Positions 43,301 through 54,096 are shown, counted from the stretch's first letter. The stretch is 64,000 nucleotides of DNA from Candidatus Scalinduaceae bacterium (GCA_046759445.1 JBHICG010000003.1:51731-115730), one strand, 5' to 3'. The notes: a model not told the origin generated them from the letters alone. Translations and numbers: made by a program.

Positions 43301-45469
43301 ATGGCACAGTCAAATCTGTCAATTGGTTTAACAGGATTATTGGTTGCCCAACGGGCACTACAAACCGCAGGGCATAATGTTGCTAATGCAAATACACCCG
43401 GATATAGCAGACAAATAGTTTCTGTTAGTGCCAGGGATCCACAAATAACTCCGTTTGGCCTTGTCGGCCAGGGAGTTACAATAGATCAAATAAGAAGGAT
43501 AAAAGATGAGCTAATGGAGTCTCAAATAAGGAATCAAACGTCGTTGCTTGGAAGTTCTGGAATACAGAGTAACTCACTTCAGAATCTGCAAGTCTTTTTT
43601 AATGAACTATCTAGCTCTAGTTTAAGTAGCACATTAGATAAATTTTTTCAGAGTGTACAAGATTTATCCACAAACCCAGAACTTATCAGTAGTAGAAATC
43701 AACTATTACAAGATAGTATAAATCTGGTTAATACTATTAATTTACTGGATGAACAGTTTAAGCAGCTACAGTTCGATGCCAGCAAACAGATTATCACGAA
43801 GGTAGCGGATTTAAACAGTATCACAAGTGAAATTGCAATGTTAAATGGTAGAATAACTTCATTAGAGATAACTAACGGCAATGCAAACGATTTGAGGGAT
43901 AAAAGAGACGCTCTTCTGATTAGATTAAGCAAGTTAGCTGACATTCAAATAACAGAGAATGGCATAGGTTCTATAAACGTCTTACTCGGTGGAACATTAG
44001 TCGTAAACGACAATCGTTCAGAAGAACTTTTTACAACAACTGTTGGACAGGGAACAGTTAGAATAAATGGAATAGCAACAGTTAATGGTGGTGAATTAAA
44101 GGGTCTATTAGATATTCAAAATATAACAATTCCTAAATATATGCAAAGGCTGAATACACTGGCTGCCAGTATTATCAAGGAAGTAAATAATATTCACAGT
44201 GAAGGTTTGGGATTAGGAGGAGGGTTTACGTCTCTAACCAGTACTATTGCCGTTAATAATCCTGATGACCCTCTATCCAATACCGGATTGCCTTTCTCTC
44301 CTTCGGTAAACACATACACAACGGGAACTATTACGAGCGCAGACAATGGAAATGGCACCTCAACAGTTACGGGAACTGGCACTACATTTACGGGTAATGT
44401 AAAAGCTAATCACTTTATTAAAATTGGTGGAAATTTTTATAAAATATTATCAGTTGATAGTAATACACAATTGACTGTAAGTGGGGCGGTCAATTCGGCT
44501 TTTATACTTACCGACATAACAGACGGCAACTTATACGTAACAGTTAAAAATGATACAACAGGTGAAATTATAAAGACTAATATAAGTATTGCTTCAGATG
44601 AGACACTCAATACTTTAACGGCAAAGATTTCGGGTATTACAAACCTTAATGCGAGTGTTAGTAATGGTTTCCTGACTATTAATTCTGATCCAGGGTTTAC
44701 CTTTGGTTTTACAAAAGCACTGGATACTAACCCTGGTAGTATAGGCGCTTCTGTAGTTTCGCTATCAGGGAATTATAATGGTAATGATAATGATAATTTT
44801 ACGTTAACGGTTCTGGATGCTGGAACAGGTTCTATAGGAACTGGTTCAGCCGTAATCAGGGTAACGGATGTTTCAGGTACTGTTTTAGCAGATCTGGATG
44901 TTGGGGCATCATATACTCCTGGTGATGTTTTGCAAATAGCAGATGGTGTATCCATAAGCTTCGGCGCTGGTAACATATCTGCTGGGCCACCTGCAGATGT
45001 GCTGACGTTTGATGTCGTAAATGACCCTGATACTAGCAACATGCTTACGGCTTTAGGTATGAACACGTTTTTTGGGGGAAAGGATGCTTCTACTATTGAA
45101 GTAACGCAGTATATCAAAGATGATGTATCCAGAATAGCGGCAGCTTCAACAGGTTCAGTAGGAGATAATACAAATGCGTTAAGGCTTGCCGGCTTGCAAA
45201 ACAGCTTAACTACGAATAATGCAACATTTAGTGATTTCCTGAGTGGCACTGTTGCAGAATTAGGTATTGAGACAAGACAAAAAAGTAGTGAAAAAGAAAG
45301 CTTTGAGTCATTGCTTTTGAGTTTGGAAAATCGCCGTCAAGAAATATCTGGAGTGTCAATTGATGAAGAAATGATAAACATAATTAGATTCCAACAGGCC
45401 TTTCAGGCTTCTGCAAGATTTATTTCAACCATTTCAGAATTGAACGATGTCCTTATGAGTTTAAAATAA
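43301..45469 (+). CDS. flgK: Hook-associated protein FlgK
   Basis: GHNVANANTPGYSRQ, ANDLRDKRD, ISGVSIDEEMINIIRFQQAFQASAR. Confidence 0.97.
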   Translation: MAQSNLSIGLTGLLVAQRALQTAGHNVANANTPGYSRQIVSVSARDPQITPFGLVGQGVTIDQIRRIKDELMESQIRNQTSLLGSSGIQSNSLQNLQVFFNELSSSSLSSTLDKFFQSVQDLSTNPELISSRNQLLQDSINLVNTINLLDEQFKQLQFDASKQIITKVADLNSITSEIAMLNGRITSLEITNGNANDLRDKRDALLIRLSKLADIQITENGIGSINVLLGGTLVVNDNRSEELFTTTVGQGTVRINGIATVNGGELKGLLDIQNITIPKYMQRLNTLAASIIKEVNNIHSEGLGLGGGFTSLTSTIAVNNPDDPLSNTGLPFSPSVNTYTTGTITSADNGNGTSTVTGTGTTFTGNVKANHFIKIGGNFYKILSVDSNTQLTVSGAVNSAFILTDITDGNLYVTVKNDTTGEIIKTNISIASDETLNTLTAKISGITNLNASVSNGFLTINSDPGFTFGFTKALDTNPGSIGASVVSLSGNYNGNDNDNFTLTVLDAGTGSIGTGSAVIRVTDVSGTVLADLDVGASYTPGDVLQIADGVSISFGAGNISAGPPADVLTFDVVNDPDTSNMLTALGMNTFFGGKDASTIEVTQYIKDDVSRIAAASTGSVGDNTNALRLAGLQNSLTTNNATFSDFLSGTVAELGIETRQKSSEKESFESLLLSLENRRQEISGVSIDEEMINIIRFQQAFQASARFISTISELNDVLMSLK

Positions 45470-45485
45470 CAGGGGGTTCTTAAAA

Positions 45486-46388
45486 ATGACTACCAGAGTA
45501 AGCCTTGAAATGCTCACAAACGCAACGCTTGCGAATATCCAGTTAAGCACTTCTCGTATGCAAAAACTCCAAGAGCAAATATCAACGGGGAAGAAAGTAA
45601 ATCGTCCCTCCGATAACCCCGCTGATGCAAGGAAAATATTAAACCTAAACTCTGAATTTACCAGACTTGAAAAATATTCCTCAAATATTCAAACTTCAAT
45701 ACAATCATTAGAATTTAATGCGTCAGTGTTAGATAATTTAGCAAATCTTGTGCAAAGAGCGCAGGAATTAACGGTGCAAGGCGTTAACGGTACAATGGAC
45801 CAGACTGGTAGAAACATCATAGCAAATGAAATAAATCAACTTTTAGAATCAGCATTGCAGGATGCTAATTCAACACGACTGGGACGGTACATCTTTGCCG
45901 GAACAGAGATTGCGACTACACCCTTTGAGGCAACGCGTAATTCTGGGGGAGATATTTCCACCGTAACATATAAAGGAAATCGAGAAAAGATAGAATACCT
46001 GGTTGGTCCCGGAATCAGAGTCCAGGTTAACCAACCAGGTGAAGAGGCTTTTATTGACAACAAGCTATTCGATACAATTATCAAGATACGAGACAACCTT
46101 AAGAGTGGGGCAATATCATTTGCAAGCGCTGAACTAGATAATATAGAGAATGCCCATAACAGCATTTTGAACTTAATATCAAAAGCCGGAAGTGTTACAA
46201 GCACATTAGAACTTACCAATAATAGGATTGAAGATACAAAGTTTTCAATTAAAGATGTAATAGGGGCTACAGAAAGTGCAGATATAAGTGAACTTATTTT
46301 GAAACTCAAGGAACAGGAAAACATATTTCAGGCTTCATTGGCTTCTGGAGCCTTAGTATTTAGAACTAACATATTGGATTTTCTATGA
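45486..46388 (+). CDS. flgL: Hook-associated protein FlgL
   Basis: LQEQISTGKKVNRPSDNP, GRYIFAGT; follows flgK. Confidence 0.95.
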   Translation: MTTRVSLEMLTNATLANIQLSTSRMQKLQEQISTGKKVNRPSDNPADARKILNLNSEFTRLEKYSSNIQTSIQSLEFNASVLDNLANLVQRAQELTVQGVNGTMDQTGRNIIANEINQLLESALQDANSTRLGRYIFAGTEIATTPFEATRNSGGDISTVTYKGNREKIEYLVGPGIRVQVNQPGEEAFIDNKLFDTIIKIRDNLKSGAISFASAELDNIENAHNSILNLISKAGSVTSTLELTNNRIEDTKFSIKDVIGATESADISELILKLKEQENIFQASLASGALVFRTNILDFL

Positions 46389-46400
46389 TACTTAAAAACC

Positions 46401-46826
46401 ATGTTTCTGAAAACACGACTCTTTGGTAAAATTGAAATTAAAGAAAAGGAAATTATCAAATTCACAGAACCAATTATAGGTTTTGACGATAACAAACGAT
46501 ATATTCTAATGGAAAAGGGATCTATATTTCCTACGTTCTGGCTGCAATCTGTCGATGATCCCAGACTCGCATTCCCAATAATGTCTCCATTTTACATTAA
46601 GGAAGACTATTTTATCGAATTACATAACCATGATATTAAAGACATTCAATTAAAAGATGTCAATGATATCTCCATTCTGACTCTTCTGGTTGTACCTCAA
46701 GATATATCTTTAATGAGGACTAACCTACGAGCGCCAATTCTTTACAACCCTATAAAAAAACTGGCCAAACAAATTGTGTTACAAGAGGAAAAGTATCCAA
46801 TACACTTTTATATTATGGATAATTAA
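46401..46826 (+). CDS. fliW: Flagellar assembly factor / CsrA antagonist FliW
   Basis: TRLFG, IIGF, WLQSVDDPRLAF, TNLRAPI, AKQIVL. Confidence 0.95.
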   Translation: MFLKTRLFGKIEIKEKEIIKFTEPIIGFDDNKRYILMEKGSIFPTFWLQSVDDPRLAFPIMSPFYIKEDYFIELHNHDIKDIQLKDVNDISILTLLVVPQDISLMRTNLRAPILYNPIKKLAKQIVLQEEKYPIHFYIMDN

Positions 46827-46867
46827 TATTAATAAAAATCTCCATTACAAAACCAGGAAGGTAATAG

Positions 46868-47074
46868 ATGCTTATACTAACAAGGAAGGTGGGAGAAAGC
46901 GTAATAATTGGAGACGACATAAAGATTACGGTTGTAGAAGTTAATAAACATCAAATCAGATTGGGTATTAATGCCCCAAAAAATATATCCATACATAGAG
47001 AAGAAATTTATAAGAAAATCGGAGAAGAAAACGCACTATCTTCTATTTCAAGCGTAATAGACCTCTCCAATTAG
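46868..47074 (+). CDS. csrA: Carbon storage regulator CsrA
   Basis: [39 protein letters not shown] (extended C-terminus as in FliW-binding CsrA). Confidence 0.98.
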   Translation: MLILTRKVGESVIIGDDIKITVVEVNKHQIRLGINAPKNISIHREEIYKKIGEENALSSISSVIDLSN

Positions 47075-47771
47075 TTAGACAAAAAATTAAAAGCTGAATC
47101 ATATTTGTGAAAAAAGAGATTTAGCTTTCAAGAATAGTGAAAATCCTACAATACATCATTCCAGCCAGTTTACGTTAGCGGCTTTCTTAAGTCCCAATTC
47201 TGACCAATTCGCTAATTATTTGCGCAATTGTAAAAACATTGTTGACTCACATCCAACCTTAAATACATTTTGTGACATTTAAAAAGTTACTATTAAGCTC
47301 CAGTAAGTTAAATTTCCTAACTATTATGCTTCTGCTACTTCTGGCATTTCAGTGTTATCAAATGCAGTTTGTTTATAGCGTTTGTGTTAAGACCATTTTC
47401 TTTATTGTATTGAGCCTTTTGGTAGTTGGATACGGAAAGTTTTTCCACATAATGTTGCAATAATATACAAAACAATTCAGACATAAACAGAGAATATTGA
47501 CTGTTTCAGATTATTTGCCGCTTAAACAGAGATATAAAGATGTTTAAAGACAATGCCTTTAGGCTGAATAAAAGACGAGTCTGCTTGAAAAGCATTGAAT
47601 GATGTTTATTATAACTAAATGATATTTCACGCTTTGTGTCTATACCCCTTTGTGGCTGATGGATAGATTAGATCAAATATTTCTTAATAACCGTTATGGA
47701 TAAGTCTAAATAGTGGAAATTTTGACTGATGGTATTTTATTAGATCGCCAGGCTTTTCGTAAAAATGCTTT

Positions 47772-47788
47772 TAGGCATGATTTTAGCA
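47772..47788 (+). promoter_or_regulatory. Candidate sigma54 promoter
   Basis: TAGGCAT-GATTT-TAGCA with correct GG-N10-GC spacing. Confidence 0.45.
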
Positions 47789-47879
47789 CTATGTAACCAA
47801 AGAAATACATGGATTAGGGGCGGAAATGAAATTCGTAATCCTCATTTCGAAATCTAAAATTCGAAGTTGGAGTATGAAA

Positions 47880-48926
47880 ATGAATATCGGAAATTTTGCC
47901 AAATCACTATTCCTAGTATATGTCATCATAATAGTAAGCATGTTTAACTCGTCTTTGTTGATTTGTGATGATCAGTTAGACACATCTGGCCGATTCATTT
48001 GTTCAGGTAAGGTTGTTCCCGTTAATAGTAGAACGGGTAGTTTTTTTAAACTTGGTTATAAACCAGTGATGGATGAGTGTCCATACCCAGAAGACAAAGG
48101 GAAATTATATGATAACTTCCTGTATAAGAAATGGTGTGAAGATACATTTGAAAATGGAGATTATATATATGAAGCATACAAGGATATTGCATTCGATATA
48201 AAATATACCCCGGAGCCAGCTAAGACTGATTTCTGGCAAACACCTTTAGAAACTGTCAGGTTAAAGAAAGGTGATTGTGAGGATGCCGTATTTCTTTTTT
48301 TCTCACAGATGCCGTCTAATCTAAAAAACGCTGAAATTGTATGGGGATGGGTAATTGATAAGCAAAGTAAGGTTGGAAGGGCACATGTATGGTATCAGCT
48401 TATGGATAAAAGGGGACAGCAGTACATTGTAGAAGGTTTTTCTAAAGATTGGAACGGAATAATACCAATGGAAATTGTGAGAAGAACTGAAACAAGGAAA
48501 TCGATATTTACCATCTCACACTCCGCCGTTAGTAGTTTTACTGGTGTACTCCTGGAAGCAGAGAATGGGCAATTATGTCAATCATTGGTAAATTTGTTAA
48601 CGAAACCAAACCTTATTACCCATGATTCAGGAGACCAATCTCTTCCACAATATACGAATACTCTACATCACTCTGATAATGAGTTGGTTGAATATCTTCT
48701 GGACAAACAAGACAACACACAGAAATATGCTTCGCATAAATATCCGACCAGAAGCAGAATGCTTCCAGATACGAGTAAAGAGATTTCTAATATTTTGAAG
48801 AAACTTCATGAACTTTTTTCCAGATATGAGAGACAGGGAGAAGGTTACGACTCTAATACACGTATTGCTCAGAGAAATGGTATAACACATAATTATTCCG
48901 AAAGAAGTCTCATATGTAGGCGATAA
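47880..48926 (+). CDS. Exported transglutaminase-like cysteine peptidase (BTLCP/LapG-like)
   Basis: N-terminal hydrophobic segment; DFWQTPLET..KGDCED and AHVWY; ORF track starts at 47826, ATG 47880 has GGAG SD. Confidence 0.72.
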   Translation: MNIGNFAKSLFLVYVIIIVSMFNSSLLICDDQLDTSGRFICSGKVVPVNSRTGSFFKLGYKPVMDECPYPEDKGKLYDNFLYKKWCEDTFENGDYIYEAYKDIAFDIKYTPEPAKTDFWQTPLETVRLKKGDCEDAVFLFFSQMPSNLKNAEIVWGWVIDKQSKVGRAHVWYQLMDKRGQQYIVEGFSKDWNGIIPMEIVRRTETRKSIFTISHSAVSSFTGVLLEAENGQLCQSLVNLLTKPNLITHDSGDQSLPQYTNTLHHSDNELVEYLLDKQDNTQKYASHKYPTRSRMLPDTSKEISNILKKLHELFSRYERQGEGYDSNTRIAQRNGITHNYSERSLICRR

Positions 48927-49040
48927 ACCCCGTTGGAATTTCGTGCGTGGCATTAAACCATGTGAGAAAATCAGAAGCTATCTAATTCTATAATACCCGT
49001 GCTTCCGCACAGGGTGTTCCTACGGGGTAAAGGAGGATAT

Positions 49041-49652
49041 ATGAATACGACAGAAGGTTCTTTACCAGAAATGATATTTTCAGAAAGTGAATCCGTTATA
49101 TCATTAAATGAGAATGGTATGCATTTGGCTAAATCTGGAAAGATGAAAGAAGCGGAAGATTATTTTCTAAGGGCTATTGAATTAGACCCCAATTATCCAA
49201 AGAGCTACCATAATCTTGGAATAATTCAAACAGTTCAGCATAGAACAAAAGAGGCAATTGGAAATTTTAAAAGGCTAGTTGAGCTTGAACCACATAATCC
49301 GGAACACTATAACAACCTGGGGATTATATACTTTCAGGAAAAATCCTTTAATGAGTCAGAGTTAAACTTTAGAAAAGCGCTTGAACTAGACAAAAATCAT
49401 GTTGATTGCCTTTTTAATTTAGGAAAACTTCTTTTCAATCTAGAAAGAGTTGATGAAGCTTTATTATTGATAGAGCAATTTCTCGAAATTGATAATTCAA
49501 ATACGGAAGCTATGAATGTCCTGGGAATGTGTTATTTAAAAAAGAATGATAAAGAAAAGGCAAGATTAATATGGGAAAAGGCCTTAGATATCAATCCTGG
49601 TCTGGAGGAAGTAAGAAAAAGAGTGCAGGAAATATCCGTATCCTCCTTTTAA
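49041..49652 (+). CDS. TPR repeat protein
   Basis: About five TPRs (YHNLGII, YNNLGII, LFNLGKL); AAAGGAGG SD before ATG 49041. Confidence 0.88.
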   Translation: MNTTEGSLPEMIFSESESVISLNENGMHLAKSGKMKEAEDYFLRAIELDPNYPKSYHNLGIIQTVQHRTKEAIGNFKRLVELEPHNPEHYNNLGIIYFQEKSFNESELNFRKALELDKNHVDCLFNLGKLLFNLERVDEALLLIEQFLEIDNSNTEAMNVLGMCYLKKNDKEKARLIWEKALDINPGLEEVRKRVQEISVSSF

Positions 49653-49667
49653 TGTTTGAGAGATAAA

Positions 49668-51416
49668 ATGGCTAATATTGCTGTAGTTGGGTCAGGATAC
49701 TGGGGTAAAAATCTTGTTCGTAATTTTAACGAATTAGGTGTGCTTCATACGATTTGTGATAGTAATCCTGCTATAATTCAATCATTTCAAGAAAAATATC
49801 CTGAGAAGGAATTTCAGAGTTCATTTCAGTTAGTACTACAAAACCCAGATATAGATGCTGTGGTTATTGCCACGCCTGCAGAGACCCATTTTGAAATGGT
49901 TAAAAGTGCCTTACTCGCCAGCAAACATGTTTTTGTGGAAAAGCCGCTGGCCATGGTCGTTAGTGAAGCTGAGGAACTCCATCAACTAGCCTTACGACTT
50001 AACCTGAGACTGATGGTAGGACATATCCTGCTTTATCATCCAGCAATAGTAAAACTAAAAGAGATCATAAATTCAGGCGAATTGGGAAAGATCAACTATG
50101 TCTATTCAAATCGTCTTAATCTAGGCAAAATTCGTAGTGAAGAGAATATCCTGTGGAGTTTTGCCCCGCACGATATATCAGCTATTCTTTATTTGCTGGA
50201 GGAAATGCCCACACAGGTTATTGCTCAGGGGGGAAATTATTTAAATCAGAATATTGCAGATGTAACCATTAGTGTTCTTTCTTTCAAAAGTGGTGTCAAA
50301 AGCCATATCTTCGTTAGTTGGCTTCATCCAGATAAGGAACAGAAGTTAATAATTGTGGGTGATAAAAAAATGGCGGTGTTTGATGACACCATAACTGAGG
50401 GCAAATTGCAGATACACGATAAAGGGGTTGACTGGGTCAAACGGCAGCCTGTGCCAAGAAGGAACGGGACTACAATTGTACCCTTTGAAATATATGAACC
50501 ATTGAAGGCTGAGTGTCAGCATTTTTTGGAGTGTATCAAGTCCGGTTCAGCACCCAAATCAGATGGTATTAATGGGATTAAGGTTTTAAAAGTTTTAAAT
50601 GCATGTCAGGATTCACTTGAACAACACGGTAATATTGTATATCTGAATGGTCATAAAAACTCGAAGTTTTCGTCAGAGCTTAAACCAACTATTCCAAAGG
50701 CAGAGCAAAGCGGAGTTCAGTCCAATAATTTCTTTGTTCATGAAACGGCAGTGGTAGATGATCCATGTATAATAGGAAAAGGAACAAAAATATGGCATTT
50801 TAGCCACATAATGCCAAAAGCCATAATAGGGGATAATTGTGATGTTGGTCAAAATGTTGTCATTGCATCAGGAGTCAAAATAGGTAACAACGTTAAGGTA
50901 CAGAATAATGTTTCGGTCTACCAAGGTGTGATTCTTAAAGACGATGTCTTCTGTGGTCCATCCGTCGTCTTTACAAAGGCCATAAGTCCGCGTAGTCATA
51001 CCCCTGAAAAGCATGAATTCAAGAGTACCTTGGTCAAAAAAGGAGCTACCATAGGCGCCAATGCTACTATCGTTTGTGGAACCACTATTGGCAGTCACGC
51101 CTTTATAGAAACCGGGGCTGTGGTCGCAAAAGATGTCCCGAATCACGCCCTTGTCTTGGGTAACCCTGCCAGGGTTGCAGGTTGGGTGTGTGAATGTCGT
51201 AATCGTCTTGATTTCCAGAATGAGGTAGCCACTTGCAGCAACTGTGAAAAGCAATTCAGCGGGCATGAAGGAGATATTCGGTGTATTGAATGTGAATGCC
51301 ATAATCGGCTTGATTCCCAGAATGGCGTTGCTCTCTTAGATGGTTATGAAAAACTATCCAATAAATGCAAGGAGCGTATTGAAAATCTTGAAGAGGAATA
51401 CATGATACCAAAGTAA
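49668..51416 (+). CDS. Fused Gfo/Idh/MocA sugar dehydrogenase (WbpB/WlbA-like) + hexapeptide N-acetyltransferase (WbpD/WlbB-like)
   Basis: VVGSGYWGKN, HVFVEKP, WSFAPHD; then FVHETAVVD..IGKGTKIWHFSH, VKVQNNVSVY, GNPARVAGWVCEC. Confidence 0.88.
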   Translation: MANIAVVGSGYWGKNLVRNFNELGVLHTICDSNPAIIQSFQEKYPEKEFQSSFQLVLQNPDIDAVVIATPAETHFEMVKSALLASKHVFVEKPLAMVVSEAEELHQLALRLNLRLMVGHILLYHPAIVKLKEIINSGELGKINYVYSNRLNLGKIRSEENILWSFAPHDISAILYLLEEMPTQVIAQGGNYLNQNIADVTISVLSFKSGVKSHIFVSWLHPDKEQKLIIVGDKKMAVFDDTITEGKLQIHDKGVDWVKRQPVPRRNGTTIVPFEIYEPLKAECQHFLECIKSGSAPKSDGINGIKVLKVLNACQDSLEQHGNIVYLNGHKNSKFSSELKPTIPKAEQSGVQSNNFFVHETAVVDDPCIIGKGTKIWHFSHIMPKAIIGDNCDVGQNVVIASGVKIGNNVKVQNNVSVYQGVILKDDVFCGPSVVFTKAISPRSHTPEKHEFKSTLVKKGATIGANATIVCGTTIGSHAFIETGAVVAKDVPNHALVLGNPARVAGWVCECRNRLDFQNEVATCSNCEKQFSGHEGDIRCIECECHNRLDSQNGVALLDGYEKLSNKCKERIENLEEEYMIPK

Positions 51417-51565
51417 TGTATTCCTGATCAATAGTTTGATTGCAAAGGAATTTGATTTTTTAACCAGACTTACATGATGGTTTGCAAAATATTTATAGCA
51501 TGGATATATTTGAATGTCATAGGTAAACCTGTTTCGTTTTGACTGGTTCAGACAAGGATACATAA

Positions 51566-52909
51566 ATGGATAATAAGTTAAAAAAAGGTGAAACACTTTT
51601 TGCCGATGGCAAAATCGAAGAAGCAGAAGATTACTTTTTGTCATTAGTAGAGAATGACTCAAATAATAAGGAAGCATTTAATAACCTTGGGGTAATTGCC
51701 TTTCAAAAGAATGACGTAAAGAGAGCCGTTGATTATTTTACCAGGTCATTAGAGATAGACCATTTATATAAAGACGCAATTCTAAATTATACTGATTTAC
51801 TCAGAACGATAAAACAACCTCAAATAGCAGTGCCTCTTTTGGAAAAAATCATAGAAATGGACCCAAATGATAAAGAGATTCATCAGCTTTTAGAAGACAT
51901 ATGTCCTATTTCTCAACCTTTGCCTAAAATTGCCGTTCTATGTCTCCCTGGCCTGGAATCATTTCTGGGAGATATAGTCAACTTCCTTAAAACCAAATAT
52001 GAGGTACTAACCTGCTACAGTGCTAATAGTCAAGAGATAGAGTCAGCAGTTAGATGGGCAGATATCGTTTGGCTGGAATGGGCAAACCAATTAGCTATTG
52101 ACCTAACCAATCATATTTCCATTTTAGATGGAAAACGTGTGATTTGCCGATTGCATAGATATGAAGCCTTGGCGGGTTTCATACAGAAGATAAAATGGGA
52201 AAGAATTAATGATTTAATATTTGTGGCAGAGCACATTAGGGATATATCTATTAGACAAGTTCCAAAACTTCCACAACTGGTTAACAATATCCACGTAATT
52301 CCCAATGGCGTAAACATGGACAAGTTTAATTTCAAGCAAAGAAAGAAAGGTTGGAATATAGCTTACATTGGCTATATCCAATATAGGAAAGGTCCCTTAC
52401 TCCTTTTGCATACCTTTCAACAACTTGTTCTGATTGACAAGCGATATCGTTTATTTGTAGCTGGAAAATTTCAGGATGTCCATTATGAGCTTTATTTCAA
52501 TCAAATGATACAAGAGATGGGATTGGGTGAAAACATTAAGTTCGATGGCTGGATCAAGAACCAAGATATTAGCGCCTGGATTGAGGACAAACAGTATGTC
52601 ATCTGTACTAGCATCCATGAAGGGCATCCAGTTGGCTTGATGGAGGCAATGGCATGTGGTCTTAAACCGCTTATCCACAATTATGTGGGGGCGAGGGAAA
52701 GTTATCCTGGTAAATATATCTGGAACACAATCCCTGAATTCATCAATATGGTTACTGAAGATAATTATGATTCTATGGAATATCGAAAATTTATTGAAAC
52801 ACATTATAGCTTAGAAATCCAGTTAGAGAGAATGGATAAAATTATTTCAAGAGTATCAGAAGGAAACATTACAAGAGATCAATTAGTAAAAATTCAGGCA
52901 GTAAATTGA
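51566..52909 (+). CDS. TPR + GT4 glycosyltransferase
   Basis: N-terminal TPRs; IPNGV, YRKGP, TSIHEGHPVGLMEAMACG. Confidence 0.87.
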   Translation: MDNKLKKGETLFADGKIEEAEDYFLSLVENDSNNKEAFNNLGVIAFQKNDVKRAVDYFTRSLEIDHLYKDAILNYTDLLRTIKQPQIAVPLLEKIIEMDPNDKEIHQLLEDICPISQPLPKIAVLCLPGLESFLGDIVNFLKTKYEVLTCYSANSQEIESAVRWADIVWLEWANQLAIDLTNHISILDGKRVICRLHRYEALAGFIQKIKWERINDLIFVAEHIRDISIRQVPKLPQLVNNIHVIPNGVNMDKFNFKQRKKGWNIAYIGYIQYRKGPLLLLHTFQQLVLIDKRYRLFVAGKFQDVHYELYFNQMIQEMGLGENIKFDGWIKNQDISAWIEDKQYVICTSIHEGHPVGLMEAMACGLKPLIHNYVGARESYPGKYIWNTIPEFINMVTEDNYDSMEYRKFIETHYSLEIQLERMDKIISRVSEGNITRDQLVKIQAVN

Positions 52910-52971
52910 GTGTTTCTCAATTAATGAAGAAAATTGCTTAATCTTATTAAGAGGAATAGTTTGTAGCCTAG

Positions 52972-54096
52972 ATGATTTATCTAAACAATAATCATATAAA
53001 TTTGTTGACCAGAAATGTTCCATGCCCCGTAAGGTTAAACATAGAACTTACAACCTATTGTAATCTGAGATGTATTATGTGTAGAGGACGGCAAAATTAT
53101 GATAAACCAAATGAAGAGGGTAGATACTTGACTATAGAAGATTTTATTATTATTCTGAATGGTATTGATTTAACTAGATTGAAGATATTAAACCTGGCGG
53201 GCAGAGCAGAGCCGCTGCTAAATCCTGATATTATGTCAATACTGACTCTATGTAGAGAAAACAAAATCATATTAGAATTTATAACTAACGGGATGCTTCT
53301 TACTCCTCAGATTTCAGAACTGTTGATAGGGTATTCAAGTGAGATCCATATAAGTTTTGCAGGTTCAAAAAAAGAAACATTTGAAGCTATTCGTCAAGGT
53401 GCAGATTTTGAACTAATATGCGAAAACATACGGTCTCTTAGTAAACTTAAGGAAGCCAATAACAAACGCTTTCCTTGTATCTGGCTTAATCCAATACTTA
53501 CGAAAAGGAACATACAAGAACTTCCAGAAATTATTGATTTAGCAAAAGAACTTAAATGCCAGGGGGTTTCATGTTCACACTTAGTTGTAAATAGTCCCGA
53601 ATTGATCGAAGAAAGTCTATTTTTTTACAAAGAAGAGAGCAATTTCTTTCTTCAAAAGGCAGTAGAACTTGCCAATAGACATAAAATTTCCTTAATCATA
53701 CCTGAGTACTTCTCTACTGAATCTAATTGTAGGGATAAAAGCAATAAAAGAGAAGCATGGAAGAAATGCAGATTCTTATGGAATCATGCGATATTGGAAA
53801 TAGAAAGTATTATACCTTGTTCATCTAATATTGAAATAGATTTTGATGGAAATGTAATCAGAAATAAATTTATGGATATATGGAATAATGATTGGTATGC
53901 CAACATGAGATACAGATTACTTACTGGTAATCCGCCTCGACATTGTACAAATTGTAAGGATCCTTCCGTAAAGGATGCAAATCATATAGGCTCTTACTTC
54001 GAGGAAGAGATATTTCCGGATGTATTAGACTACGCAAAAAAAGATCCGATAATGTCGCAAGAAATACAATTGGACAATATGTTATGTGTTACGTAA
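52972..54096 (+). CDS. Radical SAM / SPASM(twitch) domain protein
   Basis: CNLRCIMC, EPLL, FITNG, C-terminal CRFLW..IIPC..GNV..DIWN..CTNC. Confidence 0.9.
   Translation: MIYLNNNHINLLTRNVPCPVRLNIELTTYCNLRCIMCRGRQNYDKPNEEGRYLTIEDFIIILNGIDLTRLKILNLAGRAEPLLNPDIMSILTLCRENKIILEFITNGMLLTPQISELLIGYSSEIHISFAGSKKETFEAIRQGADFELICENIRSLSKLKEANNKRFPCIWLNPILTKRNIQELPEIIDLAKELKCQGVSCSHLVVNSPELIEESLFFYKEESNFFLQKAVELANRHKISLIIPEYFSTESNCRDKSNKREAWKKCRFLWNHAILEIESIIPCSSNIEIDFDGNVIRNKFMDIWNNDWYANMRYRLLTGNPPRHCTNCKDPSVKDANHIGSYFEEEIFPDVLDYAKKDPIMSQEIQLDNMLCVT

Noticed and set aside
47272..47463. 63-aa hydrophobic ORF, or an ncRNA/riboswitch in the csrA downstream spacer
   Set aside because: GTG start without SD in AT-rich DNA; no c-di-GMP riboswitch or multi-GGA CsrB-like pattern recognised.
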